Assembly (NCBI GenBank): GCA_036172245.1
Contig: JAYWIR010000036.1
Coordinates: 496,001-560,000 of the forward strand
Length of the DNA: 64,000 bases
Source of the DNA: Raillietiella orientalis
Lineage: Eukaryota
Direction: 5' to 3'
Below the pieces are notes generated by a model. The model ran no database searches and was not told where the DNA came from. It saw only the letters and a list, made by a program, of their open reading frames with translations. The stretch's first letter is position 1. Every line of letters begins with the position of its first letter. Positions 37,001-49,826 of the stretch are shown piece by piece. Position numbers and translations under genes: made by a program.

Positions 37001-38769
37001 CGGGCACAGCCAGGGAAAGGGTTTCTTCTCAAGAGTGAGGAGGACCGCTCTCGGGATATTCCCGGTATGATTAGGGTGGTAGTCCCTGCGGCAGCTCAGG
37101 GGTTCCCGGCAGCCCTGCGCTGCCGGCCCGTGGGAGGAGCGCCCAGGGCGGTTCGTGCCGCCATATCCGCGGCTGGAGAACGAACCCTCAGGGTGCCCTT
37201 GGAAGTACCGGGAACCTCCCCCTCCTCCTCCCGCGGTTCGTCCACTGGTCTACCCGCCTTCCACGGCCGATTTCCCTGGGAAGGAGCCGTCGCGTCAGAG
37301 CGTCGGTAGCTGCCCTTGGCGCATGTTCTTCCGGAGAGTCCAAGGATCAGGAGAAATTCTCGAATTCCTTGCAGGTCGGCGTCAGATACCCACCACAGCG
37401 CATAGGACTGGCCCTCGAGGGGAGGGAGGGCACCCACGACGACTTGGACCTCCTCCTGCCGCTGCTGTTCGTGAATTCCTCCAACTGACCTCTCAGGGAA
37501 CGGGCACGTGCACTCCAGGAGGAAGAAAGAAGGGAGGAGGAGGACAAACAGTCCCTAGGCAGTGTCTTCGAAAGCTTCGCAGACCGTAGTGCAGACCGAG
37601 TAGACCTCTCAGACAGTAGGGAAGCGCTCCCTGGCTGTCCCTTCTCTCAGAGTCCGGCTGCATCCGCCCCGGAGCTCTGTGGTGGCGGCTTGGCCGTTCC
37701 CATGGCGCTGCTGAAACCTTGTGGCCCCGGCCCTACTCATCCGGGCGCGAGATGTCGCCACCGCACAGGCGGGAAGGAGCAGCGGCTGTGCGGCTTGCTG
37801 CAACGGAAGGCCGCGCCGTTCCCTCCGCCCGCCAGTTGTCAAGGGCAAACCGCTGCTCCCACAGATGCCCCAGGAAGTCATCCTGGCCGTTCCAGATCCC
37901 TTTCCTCCTCCTCCAGCGGCTCGTTCACTTGCCTCTCCGTCTTCCATGGCTGCTTCTCCCGAGAAGGCGCCTCTGAGTCGCTGGAGACCGCGCTCTGTCT
38001 TTGGAGTCTGCGTAGAGGTAAAACCGGGAGGCGCCCTCGACACCCGGAGGCGTGGTGGAGTGCGACCTGATGGGAACGACGATATCTCCTCGCCTGACCC
38101 ATCCTTCCCCTCCGCGAGGAGAGTTCCTGGACCGTCTGCGGCTGCCCGAAAGTACTACACCTCGGGCGCCGTCCTCCCTGACCGCAAAGGCAGAAGAGTC
38201 CTCCAGGTGTTTGCCGCGCTTCCCCTCGCAGCCCGGAGCTGTGCCCGAGGCCTTCCACTGAGGGGTCGAGGGACAACACGGCATTCCGGGGAGTCTGAAT
38301 TCTCTAGCTGGAGAGGGAGGTGCCAGTCCTCCACCTGAAGCCGGGGCTCGAAGGCAGATGTTGCCCGGAAAGGAATTGGAGGTGACCTTCATGCAAACTC
38401 GCGAAGTCAAGGGTCCAGTCTTCCCGACACGGCTACCTTACCCCGCCACTTCGGAGAGACCGAAATGAGGGTCCCGGAAGGCGGCCTGCCACCAGAGCCT
38501 CTAGAAGAGGGCGGAGAGCGCGAGGCTCCACAGGGCGTCCCCTGTGTCTTGCGGGTCGAGATCGGCGGTCAGCGCCTTCCCCTGACGACGATTGCTACAG
38601 ACGGCGAGGGAGTGGGAGGGCGGACCGACGTGCGCTTCGCGCACAGCGGGGCTGAGTCGTCGCGTGACGGCAGCCGAACGCCCGCCCAGCAGTGCTGCCA
38701 GACGCCCCAGGCGACTGCGGGGGGAGGGGGGGAAACCTGAGGGTCGCAACTGCCTCTCTTCAAGTGTGG

Positions 38770-39570
38770 GTTTTACATGCCGGAACGAGCGCCTGTGTGG
38801 AACGCGTTCGCCGCGCCCCTGCTTCGTCCTCTGCTTTTTGCTTGCCCCGCTCCTGTAAACATTCGGAAAAGGATTGAGGACCTCCGAAAAGCCGTATGGG
38901 GCAAAGGGAGGTCCAGAGTCCAGTTAAAAGAACTCTGTGCTCCGCGTAGGGATGGTGGACTGGACCTCTTTACGCTGGAGCGAATGGAGCAACAGCTCCA
39001 ATTTCTCAGACTTGCCCTCGCGTCCAAACACTGGACTTCATCTCGGTCGAAGAATTTGGCAAGCTTGGCAAGAATTCTCTCCAAGCAGGCAAGCGGCTGC
39101 GCTAGACTGACCTCGGTCGTCGTTGCCACGGAGCAGAGTCTGGGCCAAATTGGGCCGCAGCTCCGGAAGATTGTGTAGAAGAACCCGTGGATCTCCGTTC
39201 TGTTCCGGAGGCAGAGTTCATCTGCCTCCAGAACAGCAGATACGCTCGTCAGCCGCTAAGGGAGATCCTGTGGAACACCAGGAACAGATTTCCACAGCAG
39301 ATTCCTGGTGTTCTGCTGTGGGCTTCGTTCACCTTCCTCGCCCCAGTGCTGCCTTCCTTAAGGGGAGCAATGGACAGCTAACTACCAGAGAGGTGGGAAG
39401 TGACCTGCGTGATACGGAGCAGGAAAAAACATCTGGGTGCATGGACAACTCGCGAGCTGGCAAACGCCACGGCCCCGTGTGTCCCACCAAATGGAGTGCT
39501 ACGCTGGGGAGACCTACTACGAATTCCTCCGGAGGAGGTGCACTGGTTCCCGGGCAAAGAGAAGCTACGG
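38770..39570 (+). mobile_element. Decayed non-LTR (L1/Tx1-clade-like) retrotransposon ORF2 fragment, post-RT region
   Basis: ERAPVWNAFAAPLLRPLLFACPAPVNIRKRIEDLRKAVWGKGRSRVQLKELCAPRRDGGLDLFTL matches the pattern GR..V.N......L........P......I......F.W.GK..RV....L..P...GGL.L of L1/Tx1 ORF2. It is followed by QPLREILWN and broken by stops and frameshifts. Confidence 0.55.
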
Positions 39571-42275
39571 GCGCTCCCTGCCTCCGGGACCGGGGCAGGG
39601 CCGAAGTGCGCGCTTCCCGCTGCGGCAGAGAGCGCGGCTCGTCACCACGAAGGCATCCTGAATCCTTCCCCTCCTCTCGTCCCCTGCCGTTGCTTTGGAA
39701 ACGACCGCGCCGAACCGGTTCTCACTGCTCCTGTGCAGCGTTGTGCAACTTGTGATGTAGGGCCGGAGATAGGAGGACGACACCCGCGCGCTTCGCATGT
39801 GTCCACGTGCACGTGCACGAGCGAGCGCACCGATGCGCTCGTGAGGAGGCGTGAGTGGACGGGGAGGTGCACGCGGGAAGGCCTCACCGGCCTGGCTCGG
39901 TGAGCAACCATGGAAACGACGCCCCGTGTGCACAAGTCTTGCATCCGCGAGTTTCGTTCGTGCGCGTTCGAGCGCAGAGCACGCGCCGCACTGGTATCGG
40001 TTGGCATGCTTCGTGCACCTGCGCACTCGTGCGGTGGCCTCCCTGTCCGCGGAGATGTGACGGGCGACCTCGAAAAGAGGCGGCCCCTGGGGGCCAGCCA
40101 GGACCCGACCGATCTCCGGAAGGTGCAGGCGAGAGAATGTGGGATTCTCCCGTCCGCCTCGGATCATCCCGCTGAGATTTCGGAATGCTCCGAGGACCTC
40201 AGGAGATCGAACGGGCGCACTGCATACCGTTCGCGGCAGGCGAGGGCCGGCTGCTGCTCCACAAGGAAGGAGAGAGCCAAGACAAAAAAAAGGTCTCCAA
40301 GGGCGCGACGACAAGGAGGGCACCTATGGCCCGCCGCGAACCTGCCCTCGCGGAGTCCGTAATCCGGGCAACGGACCTGCCTGGAGAACTCGGTCACCCT
40401 TTGCCTGCAGAGAGGCCAGAGCACCCACCACCACCATCATTCTCCAACCTGCCCTGAAGACGCTCGCGCGGGCAGAGGGGCGTCCGCGGGTGCTGACAGG
40501 GTGCTGCTCGCGATCAGGGAACGGAGGGTCGGGCAGCACGCGCGCCCGCAAAGCGTTGCCGGCGCGTTGGGGCGCCCCCGGCGTGCGAGCGTGCCCGCCA
40601 ACCATCTTCCCACCCGCTCAAAGGTTCATCTGCACACCCGCCGCCACTACGCTCTCGATCGTAACGCGTGCCCTTGCCCGCCTTGCACGCGCGTACCGTG
40701 CAGATGCACGCAATGTTTCCCACGCTCCACTTGCGGCTGCACGGATGCATTCCAGCCAGTGTGCAATCCGGTGCGCCTGCGCGTGCGTTTCGTACAAGTG
40801 CCCATACGCGTTCGCAAAACGCCCACAAGCTGCACCACCCTACAAGCACGGGCGCATGCGAAATGCGCGCGCATGGACTCGAAGAGAGAGCGTGCACGCT
40901 GCGCGCCGGCCGGTGGTCCACCCAGATGCGCGTGTGTCAGGCAGGAGCGCGTCCCGAGCGCAGTCGATTGGCGCCGGCAACGGGAGCAGCGGCGAAGCCG
41001 GCCCGCGGTGAACCCGCTTTCCGCGGAGGTGCGGTCGGAGTCGGACGACTTCTATCCCCCCACCCCCCACCCTCCCTCTTGCCTCCTCCCGGAAGCGCGG
41101 GACCACGCGTTTCCTCATTCTGCCCCGGCAACACCCGTCCGACTGCGAGCCGCCACTGACGGGCGCAGGGGTCATCCCGCCACCCGAAATTCCGAGGTTC
41201 CGACGAGGCGAGAGCCGCGCGTGCGCGGAGACGTCGGCACGGAGAGGAGGTGGCTGCAGATCGCGCGCGGGCACTTCCTCCCTCCCGGCCGCATGGAGTG
41301 GGGGCGGCGTCTTCCCCGGGGAAAGGTCGCGGCGGCGGCAGCAAGGGTAGTCCCGGGAGCCGTTCGGCAGGTGAGGCCGCGGCACCTCCTCCTCCCTTCT
41401 TCACCCCTTCGCTTCCCTCCTCCCCCTCTCGCCGAGCGCCCGCGCGCGCGCGATCGCTCCTGAGGCGCGTCCGTCCGCTGCCGGCGAGGGCCTCCGCAGT
41501 ACCTGTTGAAGCGCACGCCCGCCAGGCGGCGCCGCGACTCCGCCTGCTCCCCGGAACGTGCTGCATGGAACTTCGCATCCCGAAGGGTCTCGGCTCGCAG
41601 CGACTGCCCCGTGGGATGTGACGCCTGCCCTGCTCCAGCCGAGGACCCTTCGCAAAAGTAAGGACCCCACTCCCTCGTCCTTTGCCCCACTGTGCGCGCG
41701 ATCCCCGGGCGCTGGAGAGCACCACGAGCGAGCCGCCGCCGTCTCCGCGCGCGCGCGCGAGGGTGGTAGGGAGAGGAGGATTGATGGGCACTGGCGCAGC
41801 CCGGATGGACGGTTCCCGGTGCTCTTTCCTGCGAGAGAGTGGCCTGAGGACGCTCCCCAGGACCGCCCATTCGGGGGATGCGACCCTGTCCCCCTTTCTC
41901 CTGGGCCCCGTGCGGAAGGGACGACTTTTCCCTCCCCCCTCACCCGCCGCTCCCTCCAGCAGCCGCGAGGAGTGAGCGGTTCCTCCTTCATTTTCCGGGA
42001 TCGGGGAAGGATGCGCTTCCGGAACCGGAAGGCCGACTTCCCGCGGGATCGCAGATGCCGTGCTCCCGCCGATCCTTGTCCTCGAACATCCCTCCGAAGT
42101 CTCTCGCCCAGGAAAGCAGGGAACGGAGAGGAGGGAGGGGGGGGGGAGGAGGCGAAGCTATCCCGGACTCTCCTGCCTAGGAGAGTCTGCCTCGCAACCG
42201 CCGTCGACTCTTAGAGCGGGGAGTCCCACGGCACCGGGATGTGGTAAACGCGCGCTCGTTAAAAGTCCCGCCGTT

Positions 42276-42283
42276 TATAAATA
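42276..42283 (+). promoter_or_regulatory. TATA-like element (TATAAATA) upstream of the candidate first coding exon of the R7BP-like gene
   Basis: Located ~100 nt upstream of the in-frame ATG at 42382. Confidence 0.4.
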
Positions 42284-42381
42284 TTCATCGAATCCCGGAA
42301 GGGATAAGAGCCAGCGGGAAGGATCCGATTTGATCTGAGAAGATCGATGCGCGTCTTCCAGATCTCCGAATTCCTCCGCGG

Positions 42382-45300
42382 ATGAGCCCGCGTGACCGCA
42401 TCCTTGCGACGGGGACGGCCAGCAGACGACCGCGTTGCGCGGGAACCCGGAAAAGGCGGGAAGGGAGGGGTGCCGAGTGTGGCCGTCCCTTACCGGGTTC
42501 GAGGCACTCCCGTTTCGGGCGCGCGGGGCACTCCCGAAGGTAAGGAGGTGGTGTGCCGGCGTCCTGGAGTTCCGGCTCCCTGGAGAGGATCCACTCCCCG
42601 GCCTTCCCCGGCTCGAGGTGCGCCTCATGGAAGGCCTTCCCGAAGCTCGCGGAGGACTACCGTGCCAGAGGCGACGGGGCACGCAGCCCGGTACCTCAGA
42701 GCGCCCGCATCCACGAGGCGAAGGTGGTTCCTTTCTCATGTTCCTTGTTTGTCTGTCCCCCAAAGGCTGATCCTCCATGAGATGAAATCAGGTGTCGCGA
42801 GAGCGGCTTTCCATGAGCAGCCACGGTACGAAGGACTGGCGAATGCGGCTGATTGCAGTCCTGACAAAATCGAAAAGGTAAATGCGTGTTCCATCCAAGT
42901 TTGTGTTGTTGGGCTCTTTGTTTGAAAAAGCGACAATACCTCCACAGGAGGGTTCGGCTGGTGGTTGGCAGTCCCAGTCAAGTCCGGAGTGGCTCTGCTG
43001 TGCTTCTGGACGCTGGAAATGCAAATCCGGAGCAACTGTGCCTTCGTGCCCTCCTGCAACCTTCATTGTCGACTCGCTTCGTGAGCGTCCACTGTTTACG
43101 CCGTTTTTTTGTTCCTTCGTCTTGCTTTGTTTGAAATGATTGGCATTGTTTATCGTTACCTGGTTACCTGTGTGCTTGCGAGTAGAAATTGGCACCCAAC
43201 AATGCGTTTCGCCTGTGCTTGATCGTTTCCGAATTCGAGAGAACTGGGAGACAGAACTCTGCCTGTAGTTCATGTCCCCTCCTCCCTCCTCCCTCGAGAT
43301 TGCCGTTGCTTAGAAATCCGAAAGGAAACCATGAAGAAGTGTAATTTCCTCCCTATCTCTCTTCCCCTTGTGTGTGTCTCTGCAAGTGTTGTGTGTTCTC
43401 TGCTCTCCATACGGTTTTCCGATGTCTTCGTCTTCTGAAGAAACACCCATTATTTCCGCTAATGTATTTCGGATAGTTGCATCAAATTTATTGCAACTTA
43501 TTCTCTTTGCTCATCTTGTCCGTTTTGCTCTCTTACGTTCCATCTGGTTTGGTTTCATTTTTGATAACTGCTCAACGCAAAAAAAACAAAAAAAAGTAAT
43601 CATGAGTTATCAATGAACTCGGAAACTACCAAGCAAGCTGTTTCCTCTCGGGAAGCTGGCCCTCTGTGTTTCCTTGAATGATCAGGGATAAATAGAGCTA
43701 ATCAACTTTGTTTTCTTTACTTTTTATATGTGTGCGTGCGTGTGCGAGTGTGTGCGTGTGTGCGTGGGTGGGCGGGTGTGTGTGTGCGTGTGTGTGTTTT
43801 CCTTCTGGTTTCCAAATTATCGAGCACGCTGAAAATGAAGAGGGTCCTTTCTGTTCTGCTTCGCGGACTGCTCATCGTCTGAGCCCATCTGACAGTGGGT
43901 TCTTTCAAACTAAGGAGCTTCCCCGAATCTTCCCCAACACCCGTTGAGATCGAGGGATCTCCGGGATTACACGCTGACACAGATAGTTCTGCGCTTCGCA
44001 GGGGAAAAAAAATGAGAGTGCCGTTCCCTGCAGCACGCGCGCCTTCTCGAGCGTACGAGGCCACGAGGCAAGGGAAAGGGGTGCGAATTCCCCTCCGAAG
44101 GAATACGGCGAAAGCGGCTGGTGGGCTTCTTTTTGAGGGGTTTCCCTCCCCTTATTCTCCCTTCCCCCTCAAGGAAAACAAAATGTCTTCCTCCCTGCGC
44201 GCTCAGAAGAAGGAATATAAAGATGCTGCTGGTTTCGATTTGATTAGGAGCGGAACAAATGGACCGAAGTTTTTTTTGATGGAATTTTAGATGCCGTCTG
44301 TCTTTGCAGAGAGCTCGCAGTGATTTGAATTGGGCTGTTAGAGGATGGCAGCTTTTGATTTGCTTACTGTTTGAAAAGAGAAACGAAACTTCTGTACTAT
44401 TGGACGTCTCTGTCTTTAGCTTCTTGTCGAACTTAACGGACACATTGCAGCTCTTCGGGAACTGATGATCGACATTGGTCGGCAGAGAGACGGACCGGAA
44501 AACAGAGAGAAGATACGCAAAGACCGCCGCCGCTGCTTCGAGATCTGCAAACACGCCACCAGCATGCTCCTTCCGCAAGTGATAAAGTAAGCGCCATCCC
44601 TGAGTCCCTTCCCCTTTTTCTGCGAGGAGTCCAGATGTCCCTGTCGGTGCGGCCCCAGCACTCTTTCTCCTGATGCACGCGGTCTCCCAGACTACTTGCG
44701 CTCAAGCAGCGGCAGCAGCAGTCTTCACTCCCCGCGTGGCCCCCATGCCCGGAACTTCCGTCCTCCTACGTGCTCAAACCCTCAGGAGGTCATCCGCAAG
44801 GGTTTCAAGAACTCCCCATCAAGACTTCCCCCGTTGAACGCGACCGCCCCTTTTTGGCCCTCTGGGTGCCTTCAGGTCATCCAAAGTACCATCCTTCCTC
44901 TGCCCAGAGGAGCGGCAGCGTGATCAGGGCAAGCAGACTGGCCCCAACCGCTCCTCCCGTCCCACCTTCGCTTCCTGACTACGAGGTCCCGCCGTCCGTG
45001 AGCCCCATTCCGAGATTCCTTTCACCCATGCCGCTATCCCGAAGCAGCTCCGCTTTTGTCCAGGCATGTCTTCGCGTTCGCTCCCTGCTGCGACAACCGC
45101 CGGCCGCCTGTCCGGTGGGGCCGCCGGTCCAGAGAGGTGGCTGGCCGACGGGGACCAGGAGGGTAAGAAGGGAAGGGAAGCTCGGAGGAAAGAGGGGCGA
45201 TCCCTGGGTCGTAGTGACGGTTTCGGATAGCCCCACGAGGGCCGCTCCTGTCCTGAGGCGGAGGACCTCTCGCGACTTTTCCAGCACCCCCGGAGGGGTT

Positions 45301-46636
45301 CGGCCACAACTTCTCGGGCGCATCACTTGTCCTGCTCCTCCAGCAGGCGGAGCCAGATCTACTCCCCATCCCGAGGCCGTGAGTAGGGACTCCTTCTCTG
45401 TGGAGTGCGTTCCAGTCCGGCCCTGCCAGAGCTTCCCCGATTCGTGCCGATCCCCGGAGGGAGGCTGTGCACTCCTCGCACTCCTCCTCCTCCCCCTCCC
45501 CGGCGCTCCCCAAAGTGTGCGAAAGCGCTGCCCGCTGCTGTCTCCAGAAGGCGCTTTCTTCTTCCTCTTGCCGCTTCCTCCAGGGTCCCTAGCTCTCAAT
45601 CTCGCCGCTCCCTCCCTGTCGGGAGCTCTGGTGAGGGGAGGGGCCTCAGCCCTTCCAGACCGCCTTCTCTATCTGCCTGCCTTTCAGGGACGTCGCGGAC
45701 GGCATCCCCGTGGACAGCCAGCAGCTGCTCTTCTTGTCGATGTGCGCGCACGAACTGTCCAGGGAGCTCCGCCACTGCCTCCTGTTGGTCAGCAGGTTTC
45801 CCGTGGACATGAACGCGCGCCTCGGTGAGTTAATGCCGCCGCCCGCGCGTGCCCTGGTCGGGGTAGGGACAGGACGCGACCCTGCGGCGCCCGGGAGGCG
45901 CATGTCTCACCCCCTTGACCCACCGTGCCCCCCTTCCCTCAGGACGGGAGTGAAGTCGGCTCGCCGGCGGCATCTCTCCGGGGACACCGCGGAAGCGCGA
46001 AAGGGCAGGGAGAGGGGACTAGGGGTATCAGAGGGCGCCTACCTGTCTTCTGGGAGAGATCGGATTCCGTCAGCTCGCTCCCCCTGGGGATCGCACGTGC
46101 TCCCGGGAGGAGGGAGGGATGGAGGTCAGGGATGGAGAACCTGCGAGCAGGTCCTCCCGCCGGGCTCTTCCTGCAGGAACCGCCGCGAGGACATACCCGT
46201 TCTTGCAGAGGGGCGCGTGACCCCTGGGTGTGGAGACTGGACACTCGTGGGAAAGGATCCCTCCTTAGTCGCCATGGCGTGGCACCGCTCGGCAATGTCG
46301 GCGCCATTGTCCACAACCACGCCAAAGATGGACAGAGATTTATCACCGTCCTGTTTCGCTGCTCACGCGCCTCTCAACGGCCGCAGGTACCAAAATGGTT
46401 CCGTGGGCGACGGGGAAGCGCGTCCTTGGCTCTGCATCCTCGCTGGCGCGGTGCTTGCGAGAGCGCCAACACCTCGAGCGGGGAGGTTAATCCGCGTGGG
46501 GTCGCAGCACTCAGACCAGTCGCCCCTTGGCAGCGGCTTGCTCGCCGGAGACCTCAGGGCCAGCTTCCGCTCGCGCTCCGGGGTGAGAAGGGGGGGCGCC
46601 CAGGACCTAACTGGAGGAGTCGTGGGCTTCCCTCTC

Positions 46637-46678
<42 letters not shown>

Positions 46679-49524
46679 TCTCTCTCTCTCTCTAGCGGCC
46701 GAGTCCTGGGGGGAAGTCCCGGATCCCGCAGGCCACGACGCCGCTACTCTCCGTCGCCTGGGCCTGCAGCCCCGAAAAAGACCGTAGACGTGGTTCGCGG
46801 GAAGGAGGGGTCGGCGCCAGCACGCGCAGCCGCCTCTGCGCCCCCTGACGTGGACGACGTCCACTTGCAGGGAGCACGTCCGGCGGCGCGGGAGTCCTCT
46901 CGCAGCTCGTCTTCTGCAAGCAGCTGGTCAAGGATTTCAACGAGGAGGAAGTCGCCAGCATCGGCAAGGACTGCGGCGAGGTCCAGAGGATGCTGACCGA
47001 GATGCAGGAGTACCTGCCCAGGGAGACCAACGGTAACGCCTGCGCGCGCGAAGGGCAGGGACGACGCCAGGTCCGGCCGCCTCCTTCCGTCGCCCTCGGC
47101 GACGGTGCGCCACCTCCACACACCACCCGGGCGGTCGGGCCGGCCAAGGACGAGGAGCGCTCTGCCAAAACGGGTCCGCTGTCACGTGCGGAAGGACCAC
47201 GAAGCAAGCCGAAGGCTGCCCTAGAGGGAGGCCGCGGTTCTCCTGCGGCCACCGGCGCCGCCGATGCCTGTCGGAAGTGGCGACCCAGAGCTGCTGGCCG
47301 GCTCGTGGGGGAAGGCGTGGGCCGGCAGCGGAACCGCGGGAGAAAGGGGACGGAGGGCACCTGAGCATCGCTGCCTTTCCCGGAGTCCGCCTCCGGGAAG
47401 AGCGAGTACCCGAGGCAGTGCCCCTTTCCCTGCGAGAAGCGCGGAGTCTTTCCCGCTCCATCGTCCGAAAAGTCCCACTCACCCATCCTCCTTCGGAAGA
47501 TCGAAAAACGCGCGGGTCCTCCGAAAGACTCTCCGCGCTGCGGCGGCGGACGCCACATGCAGCGCTCGCGGTTGGATCCCGCTGGTCCCTGCGTCTTCCC
47601 CCTTTTGGATACGACATGACAAACGCTGCTCGCCTGCAGGAAGGAAACGGCGTGAAAGGCGCGTTTCGTTTCCTGCCCGCGAGCTGTCGCGCGCTCGCGT
47701 CTTCGATTGTTGGCCGTCGCGGACGTTTGGTTGCCTCGCTGCACGCCAGGAGGCACGCGAGGCTGGCCCTCGCCGGAGCGACCGCGCCTGCGCGCGCCAT
47801 TCTCGCCGCACCTCAAGTCCCCCGCGCTTTAGCCGGTGCAGGCGCACATTCGTGCCAAAACGCCGTCGCCATGTCAACCCTGAAGCTCTCCTCGCCTTCT
47901 CCCTGAGTCCTTGCTTTGTCTTTTTTTGTTTGCGGGATGGACCCGCAAAGACGTTCCGAAAAATTCGAAGTCCTGAGCAAGTCGAAATCCTTGGAAACTT
48001 CCTGACAGCCTGGGAACGAATGCAAGCCGATCATCTCGGGTGGGATTTCAAAAGTGATTTCCCTTGGCGTGAAGTTAAATTGAAAGGCTCCATGGGGAGA
48101 AAAATAAAAAGGGGGGAAAAAAAAACAAATAAATAAATAAATGTTAGCTCGCGACGCAGGAAGGCACCGATAACGCACCCACTCAGAAACAAATAATGAT
48201 AATTGAAAGAGCATCCAGTTCTCTTTCTCTCTGATGCCTACATAAATCTTGTTTTATCGCTGTTAACAAGCGACGTGTGATAACCGGACGAGAAAAAATG
48301 TGTGATGTTCTATGAGTAAGAAATTGCCGTAGATTTGAGTGCTTACACGCACGAGGGTCAGCTGTCGCCGTCTGCCGCACATTTTGAGGCCATGGGCGCC
48401 GGCGTGGCGAAGAGTTGCGCGCGTATCCGTGTGGCAATCGCGTGCGTCGCGTGCAGCGGAGGATGTCTGTACTCAAGTGCCAGAAGCGGAAAACTTCCGA
48501 CTCCTTAGCTGAACGAAATTGAAAAAAAAAAGGTGAAGAGGGTGGAGAATTCGATCCACTCGACTTTTGATCTGTGGGCTTCTGAGAAGCGACTGCGTTC
48601 AGTCCCCCAACCGGAACGCTTCATGGATGAAGACTTCGCGAAGAGAAGCCTGCAGAAATTGGAGACTGTCGTCACGCGTGCGTAGCAGTTCACATGTGGG
48701 TAGTCGTTCTCTTCCGCCTTCTAGCGCTTTGGCTGGCCACTGTGTACAAGAACCGATTGCAAGCGGGCGGGTGGGACGCCGGGCAGCCGTTGCAGATGCA
48801 ACGGCATGACTATCAGAGCTCTCCTCTTTCTCTCTTTCCGTCCTGCCCTGCGCTCCCCAAATTGTGGCCATTCTCGGAACCCGCCCCGTGACGTGCACTC
48901 AAGCACGAAGTGTTGCTAAGAAACGCGTGCGTCTGCTTAGCGTCAGATTTAATTGATGAGAATCCGATGGTGCGCCGCCGAAGCGCTTCGCCGTGCTATC
49001 ATTCCGCAATTCTTCACTGATTGAACATCCCAGAAAGGGGCATTCGAATTTGGACCGCTGGTACCTTTCGAGCAGTCTGCTGCACAAAACAGCACTCGGC
49101 GTGGAACGTCTTCCTCAGTGCTCGTCTTCCATTAGACAGGAAGGAAAACCCTTTTCCTCCCCCCTCCTCCCCACTTGTTCCTCCTCCAGCCGAGGGTTCG
49201 CGAAAAGCAAGAAATCGCGGATGGGTCGGCAGACGAGTGGGCATTCGATTTTTGCGGGCCTTTCTTGCAAACTTCCTGTTTAGGAGAGCGGCAGCTGTCA
49301 GGGTTCGCCTCGCTGGATCCCCGTCGTCCCGCCGGCGTGCTTGCTCAAGCGATGCGCGGTTCTCCTTGGAGATTTCGGAAGAGAAGCAGGCGATGGGGGG
49401 AGGGCACGCTGCATCGGCACTGCAGCCGCTTCCCTCCGGTCCCTAGCGAATGCGGAATCTCGAAGGAGCAAATAACTCCCCCTCCCCCCTTCGCTCTCGC
49501 CCCTGCACACACACACGTACACGT

Positions 49525-49555
<31 letters not shown>

Positions 49556-49826
49556 TACACATACATCGATCTGCAAGAGGGCGTGCTCGATTCAGTGTCT
49601 CGTGCGCGCTCTCGCACGGCGGCTGCGAAGTAAAGCTCTCTTTCCCGTATTTCCAGCGAAGCAGCTTCCTCTCATCGGCGAAGACATCTTCAGAGTCTTC
49701 AAGAAGGAGAAAAAGTTGAGGCTCATCACTGGAAGGGCGTTTCTTGTTTGCTGCTGTTCGCACCGGTGCAGGAACACGAGGAAGAAGCACAGCCCTTCGT
49801 CTCAACGAGCTTCTACGTATCCCTAA
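42382..49826 (+). CDS. RGS7BP: Regulator of G-protein signaling 7-binding protein-like (R7BP/R9AP family); exons 42382-42539 (tentative), 42766-42877, 44420-44586, 45688-45824, 46871-47032, 49657-49826; ~301 aa (243 aa from ATG 42782)
   Basis: The phase-consistent splice product reads ...EMKSGVARAAF...DKIEK|LLVELNGHIAALRELMIDIGRQRDGPENREKIRKDRRRCFEICKHATSMLLPQVIK|DVADGIPVDSQQLLFLSMCAHELSRELRHCLLLVSRFPVDM...|...LSQLVFCKQLVKDFNEEEVASIGKDCGEVQRMLTEMQEYLPRE...|...FKKEKKLRLITGRAFLVCCC. A helical-bundle body plus a polybasic stretch and Cys cluster is typical of R7BP. AATAAA lies at 50041. Confidence 0.85.
43729..43797. repeat. Imperfect (TG/CG)n microsatellite, intronic
   Basis: TGTGTGCGTGCGTGTGCGAGTGTGTGCGTGTGTG... 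Confidence 0.85.
46632..46693. repeat. (CT)n microsatellite, intronic
   Basis: About 30 CT units with two CC interruptions. Confidence 0.95.
49506..49560. repeat. Imperfect (CA)n microsatellite, intronic
   Basis: CACACACACACGTACACGTACACACACAC... Confidence 0.9.

Noticed and set aside
48601..48684. Alternative phase-compatible last exon for R7BP (VPQPERFMDEDFAKRSLQKLETVVTRA*)
   Set aside because: Weak polypyrimidine tract and no polybasic/Cys motif; the exon at 49657 fits the family far better.
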